Shown here piece after piece: positions 50,637-62,944 of a DNA stretch of 64,000 nt. The stretch covers positions 1,922,929-1,986,928 of the forward strand of contig NC_057750.1 of assembly GCF_004010195.1 (NCBI RefSeq), in the 5' to 3' direction. A program made the position numbers and the translations under genes. This stretch comes from Chiloscyllium plagiosum. Lineage: Eukaryota. A model generated the notes under the pieces. It worked only from the letters and a program-made list of their open reading frames with translations, was not told the DNA's origin and made no database searches. Position 1 is the stretch's first letter. Every line of letters begins with the position of its first letter.

Positions 50637-53139
50637 AAGTGAGCTGACCCAACAATGAATTCCTACTATTGGTTCTGTCTCAAAGGTGCTCAACGAAGGT
50701 CAGGGAATGACAGAGAGAGGAGGATTTTAGAAGAATCAATGAAATTTCATCTTTTGTAGAGAGATATGTTCGAAGTTACATCACATGTATAGACACTGAA
50801 ATGGTGAGAGTGGGGCTTGAAAGCCTAGTCAACACGATGAATTTTAAAAGAGTTCTCATAAATGGAAAACATTATGCAAAAGTTTACAAAAGGAGCTCAG
50901 AGAGGGAACCAAGATGACTTAGAGACTCTGTTAGCAGAAGGAGCAAAAAAAAAGCAGAGGAAGGTGAAGTCAAGAGAGACAATAGAAATTCTTTGTAGTA
51001 AAAAGAATGCCCTCTTTCATCTATCCTAGTTAAGAGCAGTACATTTGAGAAAATAAAAACCAAGTAAATCTCAGCGTAGGGAAGTTTTGTGTCTGAGAAA
51101 TGAATATTTCCCTACGAGAGCAAACAGCATTAATAAAGAGAGCAATTACCTGGTCATTATCTCATTGTTCGGTTGTCATTTGCTGCAAGTTGGCTGCCAA
51201 TTTCTCTAGACTACAGCAGCGACAAGTAGTCAGAATGAAAGCATTTATATAAATAATTAGTTATATTTTTTAAATATAACTAGTTTTCACAGTTAATGTT
51301 TACAAAGAAAGCAGAAGAAATAAACAAGCTTTAAAACAATACACTATCCTGCCTTGCTTACTTAAGAATGTTCTGCTATGGTTCCTTTAATTTTACAGGC
51401 TTTGATTTAGCTTTTTTTGAATGCTAAGTGATAATGAACTTACACTAGAGGGTGCTCTTGCCTTCAATCTATAGCAATATGTTTTAATTAACAGATATAT
51501 TCTTGAAAAATCGCTATTTAAATCAAAGCAAGGTTGCCCACTTAATTTAGTACCATATGCAAAAAAAATGCGCATTCCCAAATCAAGATTTTTCAGCCCC
51601 AAAACAGCCTAAATATGAAATGTGTATCACTTACTAGTAATAAACAAACATGTTCATACAATGGAGATTGTGGCAAAAAATATGTAATAGTACATGATCG
51701 GCTGTGCTCTGTTTGAATGGCAGAGCAGACTCGATGGGCTGGTTGCCTAATGCTATTTCTACTCCCTATGTTACACAACATAATTCACAAGAACAATTAA
51801 TAGGCTTAATTAGCAAGGTGGACTTTCTTCTGTCTAACTTCTGAAATGTTTAAAGGATGCTTGAATGAAATGTTAAACATTGTAATCTAATCTAATCTAA
51901 TCGTGCTCTTCATGGTAAAGACCCCTGCAGCAAGTAATAACACTTTTATTCTCCCTGCTGAATTTTAGAATAATTCTTCTTTGGAAAGAAGTTTATCTTT
52001 GAAAATTTTTAGTTCTCGAAAGCCTCCAGACAGGTATTACAGTGTTAGTTGCTTTGTGATTCTTCTTCCTGTTCTTCATTGTCTCTGATCAACCCAATTC
52101 TTGCTGAAACAGCATCAGTTTCTCACTGGTCAGGAGGTTCTGGCACATTTTTCAACATTATCTTGGTCCACTTTAGAAAATCCTACCAGAAGTACTCCCT
52201 GGAGTGATGGAGTGTAAATCTGCATGTATATCCAGCAGATACTATGCTGGACCTGGCTCTCCATAGCAGTCACCAACCTGTCCATGCAGGGAGCCAGACA
52301 CTCACACGTGTGATGCAGCACCATTCCAATGGCATGGTAACAGGCCTACAACCTTTGTGTCAGGTTACCCACTGCCCTTGACAAACCTGCCTTCTACTCA
52401 TGCATCTGCACGTAATTCTCAGTAAAGTCACAAATAGCTGGCACTACATGGTACTCTCCTGCAGGGGCTGTGCAGCAGCATTTCTTCTTCAGCCATGTGG
52501 ACACCTGACATTGATATGCTCATTAGCATGTGCTCCTGACTGCAATCTAGCTAATGTTCCCACTGAAGTGTCAGTACCTGAGCTATTTTGTTTTTTGGGA
52601 GGGCAGGGGGTAGTGGTAATTGGGGGCATCCTTGCCAGTACATTTCCTGAGACATCTTTACTTTCTTCCTCAGTGGTGGAAGAGGTGATGTCCTGCACAG
52701 CTGGCATCTTAACAGCAGAGACCGGGATGATGCAGTTCATGCCTGAAGAATAAAAACAGAAAAAAGCATCGGAAACAGATTGTGGCGTGATAAGAAGGTA
52801 TTCACAATGGCAGCAATGGAAGATGAGCACTGTAATGGTCAAAGATCTCAGTCATCGCTGAAATGGACCAGGCTCCAATTATCACTGGGGATGGGCAATC
52901 GTATGCCAACATCCCATCACATGTTTTGGTTCTTTCTGCCCTATTATGGCCCTTTTCCTCCAGGAACGAGAAAGGGAAGGATTGCAAGAGATAAAAGTGA
53001 GTGGCAAACTATTAATGCCGACTTAAGTCCAGAAAGGTGGGGAGGTGTCTTCACAGTGAGTGAATAGTTAACACTATGGCCATGCAGGTTTAGGAGGATT
53101 GGGTGGCTGAGAGCAAGCAAGATGATGCATGCAATAGTA

Positions 53140-53365
53140 CAGGTCATTCTGCTATAACGTGACAGTAGTGTTCCTGTATAATCTCGCACTATAGAAAATC
53201 ATGCTATGGGAAACCAATATAGATATCCAGCTGCAGAAGATCGCACTATAGATAACATACAATACCCGTTCAACAGAAAGTTCGCGTTAAGCAAACATCA
53301 CAATTCATCAATTGCATTATAGCCAATCCACACTGATGAAATGCATGTTATAGAAGAACTTCTTG
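53140..53365. mobile_element. Tigger/pogo-like MITE
   Basis: TA-flanked with imperfect TIRs CAGGTCATTCTGCTATAAC / GTTATAGAAGAACTTCTTG; related to 61898-62075. Confidence 0.6.
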
Positions 53366-53609
53366 TATGAACAGTAAGTCATGAATTTTGGTGGGAGGCA
53401 AGTGCAGTAGCAGAGAGAAGATGGGGTCACTCACCCTGGCTGAACAAGTAAGCTTCTTATTGCTGGAAATTTCTTTGATGGTAGAGACTGCACTGACCCA
53501 GGTAGCTTGCTGATGAGAACCATGGCGGGAATTTATAGTCACGGCCACTGCTCACAGCATTTCTCTTATAGCTGCTGGACTGAGCAATTTTGTTAATTGT
53601 GAATCTTCC

Positions 53610-54030
53610 AGTCCTTGAACCACAAAATTCAGGATCTGCAATCTAAGAAGAGCAACATGGGCAGATATGTTTTCCCATGGCATACTCTTAAGGCACTTCT
53701 CCTCCCTCCAGCACAGACATATTTGTGCAGATATTTCAGGAGTGTCAAATTCCTGTGCTTGATCGTTTCAGATGGCATTCACAACTTGTGCTTTGTCTGT
53801 AGCAACAAATTAGTGACTTTATCAAGTTCCTCTGAAGTGGGTTCAATATCCAATTCTTCAATGTTAGGCAGGCTCTCAATAGCATCTCGATCTGCTTCAC
53901 TAACCACATTCACAATTCAAGATAGTGTTCCGCCCATCTCTCTGTCTGTTTATTGTAGTCAGGGATGATCCTTCCTTTGTTTACAGTGCAACATTTTTGC
54001 GGATGGATTTGTCATCCTTTTGATCGCATC
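53610..54030 (-). mobile_element. RTE-type LINE internal fragment, degenerate
   Basis: Minus strand QTERWAEHYLEL...VVSEADRDAIESLPNIEELDIEPTSEELDKV, typical of the region preceding the RTE RT domain. Confidence 0.6.
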
Positions 54031-54489
54031 AGTCATGCCATTAGTATTCCTTGTGTCATATGGTATCTGGAAATTCTAGTACAATAATAGTCAGTAATCA
54101 TAGGCACAGCACCTAACTATCTGTTAGATTTTGCTTTGAACTGCTTTTAGTACATTAATAACTCATCTCTCCTGGATCTCTTTTATAATAAAAAGTGAGA
54201 GCAGACATTTAAGGGCATTATTCCAATTTGGTGATACAAAGAAAGTAGAGCCAATACTGGAAAATTGGAAAAAACTAAAATGCTGAAAATACTCATCGGG
54301 TCAGACAGCATCTGTGGAGAAAAGAACAAACTTTTCATGTTATGATGCTCTCTCATCAGTGCTGAATATTACATAACTGCACAGAAGCCGGTATCCCATC
54401 ACCAAGTCACCCTTTATTTACTAATGCACAGCACACTGGCTGTGGCCAACCAGCTCAGAGTCAGTTTTCCGAATGGAAGCAATTCTAAA

Positions 54490-55240
54490 GGTTTGTGAAG
54501 GCTTGTAGCTCAGGTTGAGATTTAGGGTGTAGGTTTGCTCACTGAACTGTAGGTTTGATATCCAAACATTTCATTACCTGGCTAGGTTACATCATCACTG
54601 GCGACCTCCAAGTGAAGCGAAGCTGTTGTCTCCTGCTTTCTACTTATATCTTTTTCTTGGATGGGGTTCCTGGGGTTTGTCGTGATGTAATTTCCTGTTC
54701 GTTTTCTGAGGGGTTGATAGATGGCATCTAGATCGATGTGTTTGTTTATGGCATTATGGTTGGAGTGCCAAGCCTCTAGGAATTCTCTGGCATGCCTTTG
54801 CTTAGCCTGTCCCAGGATAGATGTGTTGTCCCAGTCGAAATGGTGGCTTTTTTCATCCGTGTGTAGGGCTACGAGGGAGAGAGGGTCGTGTCTTTTTGTG
54901 GCTAGCTGGTGTTCGTGTATCCTGGTGGCTAACTTTCTTCCTGTTTGTCCTATGTAGTGTTTGTGGCAGTCCTTGCATGGAATTTTGTAGATGACGTTGG
55001 TTTTGTCCATGGGATGTACTGGGTCTTTTAAGTTTGTTAGTTTTTGTTTGAGAGTGTTGGTGGGTTTGTGTGCGACTAGAATGCCGAGGGGTCTGAGTAG
55101 TCTGGCTGTCATTTCTGAAACTTTTTTGATGTATGGTAAGGCGGTTAGAGTTTCTGGCTGTATTTGGTCTGCTTGTCATGGTTTGTTCTTGAGGAATCTG
55201 CGCACTGTATTTTTTTGAGTATCCGAGTTGTTGTCGGTTC
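54490..55240 (-). mobile_element. Penelope-like element family 3, 3' part with open GIY-YIG endonuclease frame
   Basis: ORF 54582-55112: NVIYKIPCKDCHKHYIGQTGRKLATRIHEH...REFLEAWHS...AINKH; followed by pLTR with a decayed hammerhead-like motif. Confidence 0.92.
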
Positions 55241-56539
55241 CATCACTACGGAATGTTGTCTCCATTACAGTGATGAAAGCCTTAAACCTATGAGCAAATT
55301 CTAGCTTTGCTTCTCCTATCTTAACAGTATGGTATTAATAAATGATGTCTCAAAATATGTTCCCTTTTACATGTAAATGTTGGAGTGAATCTGTTCAGTC
55401 AAATTGCAGAATTGTCAGTTCTTATTAGATTGGCAATATGGCTGAAGTTAATAGGAGAATGGTCTTTCAGCATTGAATGAAACAGCTGCAAAGATTGTAT
55501 TCGAAGTCTGATACCGAGAGTAATCTTTATCATACAGCTGTGGTATCTTTGTTAAGAATGCCGTTCAAAGTAACATTTGGTGAAGATCTGGTTCAGTTGG
55601 TACCAATGTCCTGATCTTGGATGGCTTCAGGGCACCTGTAGCATGAATTGTTCTAAAAGGCCTTATTGGCTACACAAACCTCATGGCAGTACTAATGATC
55701 AAATAGTATCAGACAAAATTTATTGATCTTTCTTAAGCCATACAAATTTCAAGGCAGGAGGACTATGCCTCATGGTCAACATTCACTCATGTTTCAAATC
55801 AAGTAAACACAATAAACTTTTTTATTTTGCAGCACCTATGAGATCAGGACTGTGCCAATTGATCAAATATTCTGGATAATCAAGAGGTACGCATAACTGC
55901 TGACCAAGCAAAATTTCAAGATATCAACATCTCAAAAAAAAATGTAAAAACATCAACACATCCCCTAAGATCAATATAAAACACAATGCAATTGTGGGGT
56001 TATTTACATCACAGCTATACTTTATTTACAGCATAAATACTTTGATATCACAGTAGATTGCAGCATTTGAGGTTTATCGTTTTTGCAGTTTATCAAGTGT
56101 GCCGGTTGAAACAGTTTGCTGTTAATATGTTCGGACTTAGCAATTCTGTTCATAGCAGGTTGTAGAACTTAACCGCAAAGCCTACACACTACTCATGCAT
56201 TTTCTCTGAACTCCTTCCCAGCCAGATGAATAGGATCCACTTTCAGTGAACTTATTTTCTTGTATGAAAGCAGTCAACATTCAGCCTACAGGTGTTATTG
56301 ATCACTGGATGTTACCCATTACTTTTATGAACATTGAATGTTCCAGATTGCCAATCGCAGAGTAAGCATCTTCTTTCTTTCTCTTCATCTTGCCTACCTG
56401 GTGCAAAGGATTTACTCTGATGATTGAGGATAAACTTAACATTTTAAATCACCCTACCAAGAGGTGGATGGACTATGGCAGGTCAGCATTTACTATTTGG
56501 GGCGGTCTGACTTGATGTGACATTGTGTGTCTAGCTACA

Positions 56540-57704
56540 GCTTATGGACTTCATGTGGAGATCAAAGATGGACCTGGTCCGAAGGGACACCATATACAAA
56601 GATCTGGACAAAGAGATAGAAATCACATCCAAAGCTACCCTCACCCTGATGGCCACCTTTGTGTATGGCTACAGCAAGCTGTGCATAGATTGCCAGTACG
56701 TAAACACCAAGTGTCACTACCTACTGAGGTTCTACCTGTCCCTGGTGTTGCGAAGGATGAGCCTGGCCTCACTGCCGGGGAACATTCCAAGTAGTTGGAC
56801 CATTTCGTATCACCTGTCCCTCCTGGAGAAATTTGTGAAGAAAAACACCTTTGACCACAAATCCATCAGGAAGCGGTCAACACAGTATCCTTGGAAACCC
56901 TTCGAGAAAAGGAGAGGGCTGATCCTGTTGAGCAGTTCCCTGGGCAGACTGTCAAAGTCATTTGGCAGAATGCCTCATCGCCAGAACTTTCAAACAAGCA
57001 CCATGACATGGCTTGGCTGGTGGTGAGAAAGGCTCTGCCTCAGATTCTTTATGCATGCCTGGACTCTCTGTGCCACTGCGCACTGCCCTCGAAGTGGCTG
57101 TGGAGGGGACAAGACTGTCACACACCTTCTTCTGGAATGCACCTATGCAAAGGAAGTCTGGAGAGGAACACAGTGGTATTTGTCGAGGTTCGTCCCGCGC
57201 AGCTCGGTGACAGGGGACTCCGTGCTCTATGGTCTGTTCCCCAGGATGCACACGGAGACAAACATCAATTGTGCCTGGAGGATCATCAACTCTGTAAAAG
57301 ACGCTCTTTGGTCTGTCCAAAACTTGCTGGTCTTCCAGCTGAAGGAGCTGACCCTGACTCAGTGTTGCAGACTGGCACATTCCAAGGTCCAGGAATACGT
57401 GCAGAGGGATGCACTGAATCTTGCAGCTACCAAGTCGCAGTGGGGAAAGACCACTGTGTAAGGCACTTCTGCCAAAGAATAACGGAGACCCATTCAGTAA
57501 CGAGGCTCCGCTGACACCTCAGCTAAATGCCAAGAGGCTAAATGGTTAACATATGGAATTGTAAATACCAAGGACTCAAGTCTGTTCTCTGAATGTATAA
57601 ACATGTAAAGTATGCATCTGAATGGCATCATCAACTGTACCAACGACTCGAGATTAGATTCCCTTGATTTCTATGAATAAAGTATATTTTTGAAATTAAA
57701 AAAA
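56540..57704 (+). mobile_element. Tx1/L1-clade LINE 3' fragment with poly(A) signal and short A-tail
   Basis: Frameshifted ORF2 C-terminus with zinc knuckle CPRSGCGGDKTVTHLLLEC; AATAAA 57676-57681; A-run 57698-57704. Confidence 0.85.
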
Positions 57705-58952
57705 GACTGCAGTCATCACCACCTTCTCATGGGCAATGAGAGATGGGTATAAATGCTGGCTAGCCAGCATTACCCACATTCCAAAAGTGAATTAAAAAAA
57801 GGCCAGTGAGTGGTCAAACAAATACTTGGTACCTCCGAGTCAGCAGATGGCATCTATTCTCTATCAGTTAAGTGGAGTTTAATCACCCATGACTGCCAGC
57901 ACTTGAAAAGCTGGAGTGTCTACTCCAGGTTGCATGTCTGAGCAAAATTTATGGGGACTTTTCAGCCTCCACAAATGTTATGGTCCTCTTCTTAACCTTT
58001 CTGGTTGGATCTAAAAGGAACATTCGACTTTGTTAGGTATCAGCTTGGTTGTAGGAGTTGCTGTAGAGTTAATATATTTAGATACTACAGTCTTTGAACT
58101 CCACTCACAATTTTCTGTCTGAGTTTCTTTCCTCATCCTTCAACTTTACGATGCATCATAAGGCGGTGGACACATACTTCGGTGAAGTCCAAATGCCTTG
58201 TGGATTTATCACCCTAATCCTAACCTAATTAAGAAGAAACAGACTATTTTTCTTGTAGAAATCTCTATTTCTTAAGTAAACTTTATCGAAAAATTCTCCA
58301 ATGGTTAAAATTTATTAATTTTGAAACAGCACTGAATCCATCATTTTACTATTCTTAAAGTTATTCAGTTAATCATTTGACATCAGGTGATGATATATGA
58401 AGATATTCCAAGAAATCAACAAATTGACAGCTTTGGAAAGTGTAAGTGTGATACACATACTCTTGTGTAGGTTTCTGATAACTATTAAAGGTATTTAACA
58501 GGACAAGAGTAGCTTTTCCCTGAATTTACTACATGTTTATTGAGCAGAGGAACATGGCATAACAGGTTTAATTTATAATTTACTCCTATAATATTTTGTC
58601 TTATTTTCACTAGCATACATAGCTCAGGTAAAAGTTAACAGGGTGCAGATCATTTAGTAGTATATTTTACCAATCCTGATCTACAAGTGCTAATAATAAC
58701 CCAGTATTCTCAAAAGAAAATCAGTGACTAAACAGTTGTGGCTTCAGCTACACCTTTTATTAAAGTTCTAATTTCAGTAATCAACTATATCAGCTTTCCA
58801 GATAAATGTATTCCATTCATAAATGTTTGAAATAAATTATTAATAAAAGGGACTGAAGCACCTGCACTAATTAACAAAGGATACAATCTGCTTTTCCGTT
58901 TACCAATCTTACAAAATATTACTAATGTCTATTACTAATTTTTACATTTAGA

Positions 58953-59470
58953 ATCATCATCAGCAGTCCCTCACAGCCGAGGATTATTCTCTCCAAGGAT
59001 AAGAACAGGCTGATACAGCTACTGCAGATTCTGATACCCTCGGGGCAGGTGGTAGTCACATGAAAGGGTGGGTAAGGCATTGGTTTGGTAGCACACTCCT
59101 TTCACTGTTTTCACTTGGCTTCCATTATTTCCCGATGGGAAGTCTCAAAGTGCTTGGCACCTTCCAGAGTGCTCCTCCTCCACTCGGGACAACCTTAGGT
59201 CAGTGATTCCCAGGTGTCTAGGAATGCCACACTTCACCAGTGACACCTTGAGGGTATCAGTGAAGTGCTTCCTCTGTCTACCTGGGGATCACCTGCTGTT
59301 TCAAAGCTGGGAGTATAGCACTTGCTTGGGGAGTCTTACGTCAGTCATGCAGATGACGTGTCCAACCCATTTGCAGTCAATCAAGGGTGGTCAGTGCCTC
59401 AATGCTGGGAATGTTTTTTGACCTGGTCAAGGACACTGGTGTTGTTGCGTCTTTCTTCCCAGGATGACTT
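58953..59470 (-). mobile_element. RTE-type LINE 3' fragment
   Basis: Minus strand WVGHVICMTDVRLPKQVLYSQL...GRQRKHFTDTLKVSLVKCGIP; (GAT)n tail at 58953-58962. Confidence 0.75.
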
Positions 59471-61897
59471 TCCCAACAGCAGGGAGATTACCCTGTAGTT
59501 ACCACAGTTGGACGTTTTTAGAATCACGGAATGGTCTGTTCACTGGTCATAATCCCTATTACAATTGTTCCTCCAATCTTCTAGCTCTCACCCTGTACAC
59601 TTGAGCTACCGTTGATGCCATGAACCTGGTTCTGGGTGCACTCGCCAAAGAAACCATCACTCTCACTGGTATACAGAAATGAAACTGGTTACAGAATGAG
59701 ATGCACATGAAAGGTTTCCTGTATTATCTCTTGTTCTTATTTGGCAGACATATAATGCTTCTTTGCGTGTATACCAGTCAGCTGAAGGGTGGCCACCTCT
59801 CTAAAAAAAAAAAGTACTACTCAAAATTCGTTCTCATGGATTCACTATTGTGACTCTAGCTGCTGACACTTCCTGCAGCATCCTGGAGTTCATAAATGGA
59901 ACAGGTATGCATTCTACAAAAACTGTGCTGCCCTGCCATCCCTTTGTTTTGCAACCAATAACTACACTTTTTCATTCAGCTTCTCCCAGTTTACTCTGCT
60001 TTGCCAAGGTACTGGTTGTTACCCATTTCCAGTTTCTGTCAGTCACCCACTCTTCTGTCATCTTCAGTTGAGCTGTTTAGGTCTCTAGCCTCTCCATGCT
60101 CCCATTAGTTCTGAACTCTTCTTTTCTCCTTCTTCCTGACAGTATCATGTCTAACACTCATCTCACTATGTCCTCTCCCTCCACACATCAGAATTTATTT
60201 TTGGCTACTTCCTTTAATATTCCACAATTTCTACTGACTACCTGATATACTGGTTCGATATCTTGTTCTTTCTTGACACCTGCACATCAGTCTGAGCTTC
60301 CACATCTCATAAGTATCCAGTCAGTCCCCTCTTCATGTTGGCCAAGTTTCTGCACAATGTAACAAGGTCAGTCTCATAAGTATCTTCCAGATTCTACCTT
60401 TCAATTTTGATGGTGATTTTCTGACATGCAAGCACAACACACACACACTTCAGTGCACTCTTACAAATATTCCAATCACAGGTAAACTATTAATTAATTC
60501 CCGTACTTCAATCTTCAGCAACACCTACCCCAGGTATTTGGACGGACTCACTTTCCCGGTAATCTTCTTCCCTAGTTTCAAACTGATAGTCCAGATTTAC
60601 TGATCAATTGATCTTCATATTTCTGTCCTGCAGTAATTTTCTCCAGATACTATGTTATATGATGGAGATGAAAACGTGGCAATGTCAACTGCAATCACTG
60701 ATTAAGATACTTCCTTTCTCATTTACTTGGTGAGGGCATCCATGACGATCAAGGGGCTCAATGTCAATCCTTGGTAAAATTCAACTTTGACTTTCAAATG
60801 TTGGTTGCTATGCTAACTTTTATGTGTCAACTAAACTTTTAGAAATGGAACTCTAGAACTATACCACTTTCAATCCATTTTTTTTTATGAGTGCTATTTG
60901 CTTTAAAAGCTTAGATCCTTACCTTAGTCCTTAACTCTCTACCAAATTTTAGTTCCCTCACATTTTGCAGTTCCTTCCTCTCTGCACTGACTTGGACATC
61001 ACTTCCAAATTCTTCCTACATTCCATCTGGCCACAACCTGCTCTGTTGCTGTATCTTTACTACTTCACCCTTGATCAGCTCCCACTCCTCCTGATTTAAT
61101 AATAATAATTCTTTAGTGAGAAATGCAATTAGCCACATATTCAAAAATGTCAATTACAAATGTTTTAACCCTTGGTTGGACTATTTATTAATTCAACCAT
61201 TGTATCTTCTGTTTTGGGGATACTGAGTTTGAGCCTCACTTCAGATATTCTTGGTGATTGAAGCCAAGACCTCAGATTCAAGCTTAAAATTCACATCAGT
61301 AGCATGTGCGATTCCTTCAATCATACCAGCTATGAGAGCCTGTAAAGTCTCTTGTGGCACAGAACCAACTATTAAGATGGTTACAGGAATAGGAAGAAAG
61401 AGGGAGAGAGACAGAAAATATTCTTCTGCTTCACACTATCCATGGGAAAAATAAGAACGTATGAAACTAGCCATCACTTTGCTGGATATATCTTAATCTG
61501 CAATTGTAGTGTGTTGAGACCCACCTGCAAAGATAGTGCATTTAAATGAATGAAAATGAGCTGCCCTTGCAGTACAACATAATGTCAGCTGTACTTGTTA
61601 CCTGGACTTGCAATGTATAGGGTGCTATTATTGGTATAACAGGACTCCACACTTGGCTCCGATTTGACTTATTTCTGACATATTTCCAGCATGGATAGAT
61701 ATTCAGAAAAAGCAGGCATTTTGGTTTGATCACTCAAAGGAAATACTTACACTAATGCACATTTCTTGTTCCTAAGCTTATCTTTCAGATGCACTTATAT
61801 ATGTAGAATACGAAAATGAAATAAAACCTTTCTCGATTTTAAAAAGTTTGTAATATAGCTTCCTTAAATAGCAATGATCATTAACTGTTTTCAAGAT

Positions 61898-62075
61898 ACG
61901 TCAGTTCTGTTATAACGCATGTTTGTTCAATGCGATTGAAGAATTTAGACTGCTATTTGTAGCACACGAACTTTCCTTACCTGTGTCGGCTATAACACAG
62001 CTCCACCCCCATTATTTTCTTATAACTCAAGATTGCATGAGAATGGAACTATCGAGCTATATTAGAATCGACTGT
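61898..62075. mobile_element. Tigger/pogo-like MITE
   Basis: Imperfect TIRs (ta)cgtcagttctgttataac / gctatattagaatcgactg(ta). Confidence 0.5.
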
Positions 62076-62944
62076 AGACAATCTTATGGATATAACTTTT
62101 TTCTCCAGTCCAAATTCTTCCTTTAGTCTTCATGAATCAGCTGCTACTGAGAAGACACATACCTAAACCACACTTAGCTGGTTCAAAGCTGCATTTCTAG
62201 AAGTTATCAAGAAATGCATAAGCAATTTTTCAAAAACTCCAAGAACACAAAATATCACTTGAGGAAAAAAGGTGTAAATATTCAAGCTACTGGTCATGGA
62301 TCCTGGATAAAAAAATTAGTGGTTTCCTCCTGTCAACATAGATTGAATTGTTTATGCTATTAAGTGCTGGAGAAAGCGCAAGAATTATTAATCTGTGGTC
62401 CACAGAAATATCACTTATGGTTAGATGTGCAGTAGTTAAAATTAAAATAATTATTATACTATAAACACGGTGTAGATTATGGCACCTTAAAAAGTAGTGC
62501 TGTAACTAGAGCATAAATTAATGGCTATAATTATCAACTTCCAACAAGTGAAATGGTTAACAGTAATACAAAAACTCCATAAATTCTCAACTAAACATAG
62601 CAGAATCATTAGCAAAACTAATGTTCAATAATATTCTCACTACTTAGAAAATGTGTGCATTCTAGAAGGCAGACATAATTCAATAAATTGTTTGACATCA
62701 TCTTCTTCACGTATGATTTTCACTTAGTTTTGTATAAGCATTAACAATTCTACTGCATTAACATCAGTCAGACACAATCTACTTGTGCTTCATTCCAGGA
62801 AAATGTATACATGATCTAAACATCATTAGTTTTGCCATTTGAAGCTTGTCACTTGGCAGAACATTCCAAAGTGAATTTCAAACCCAGACTGTTCCAACAG
62901 TAGTGAACTATGCCATGCACTGGTTTAAAAAAAAACTCATTGGG

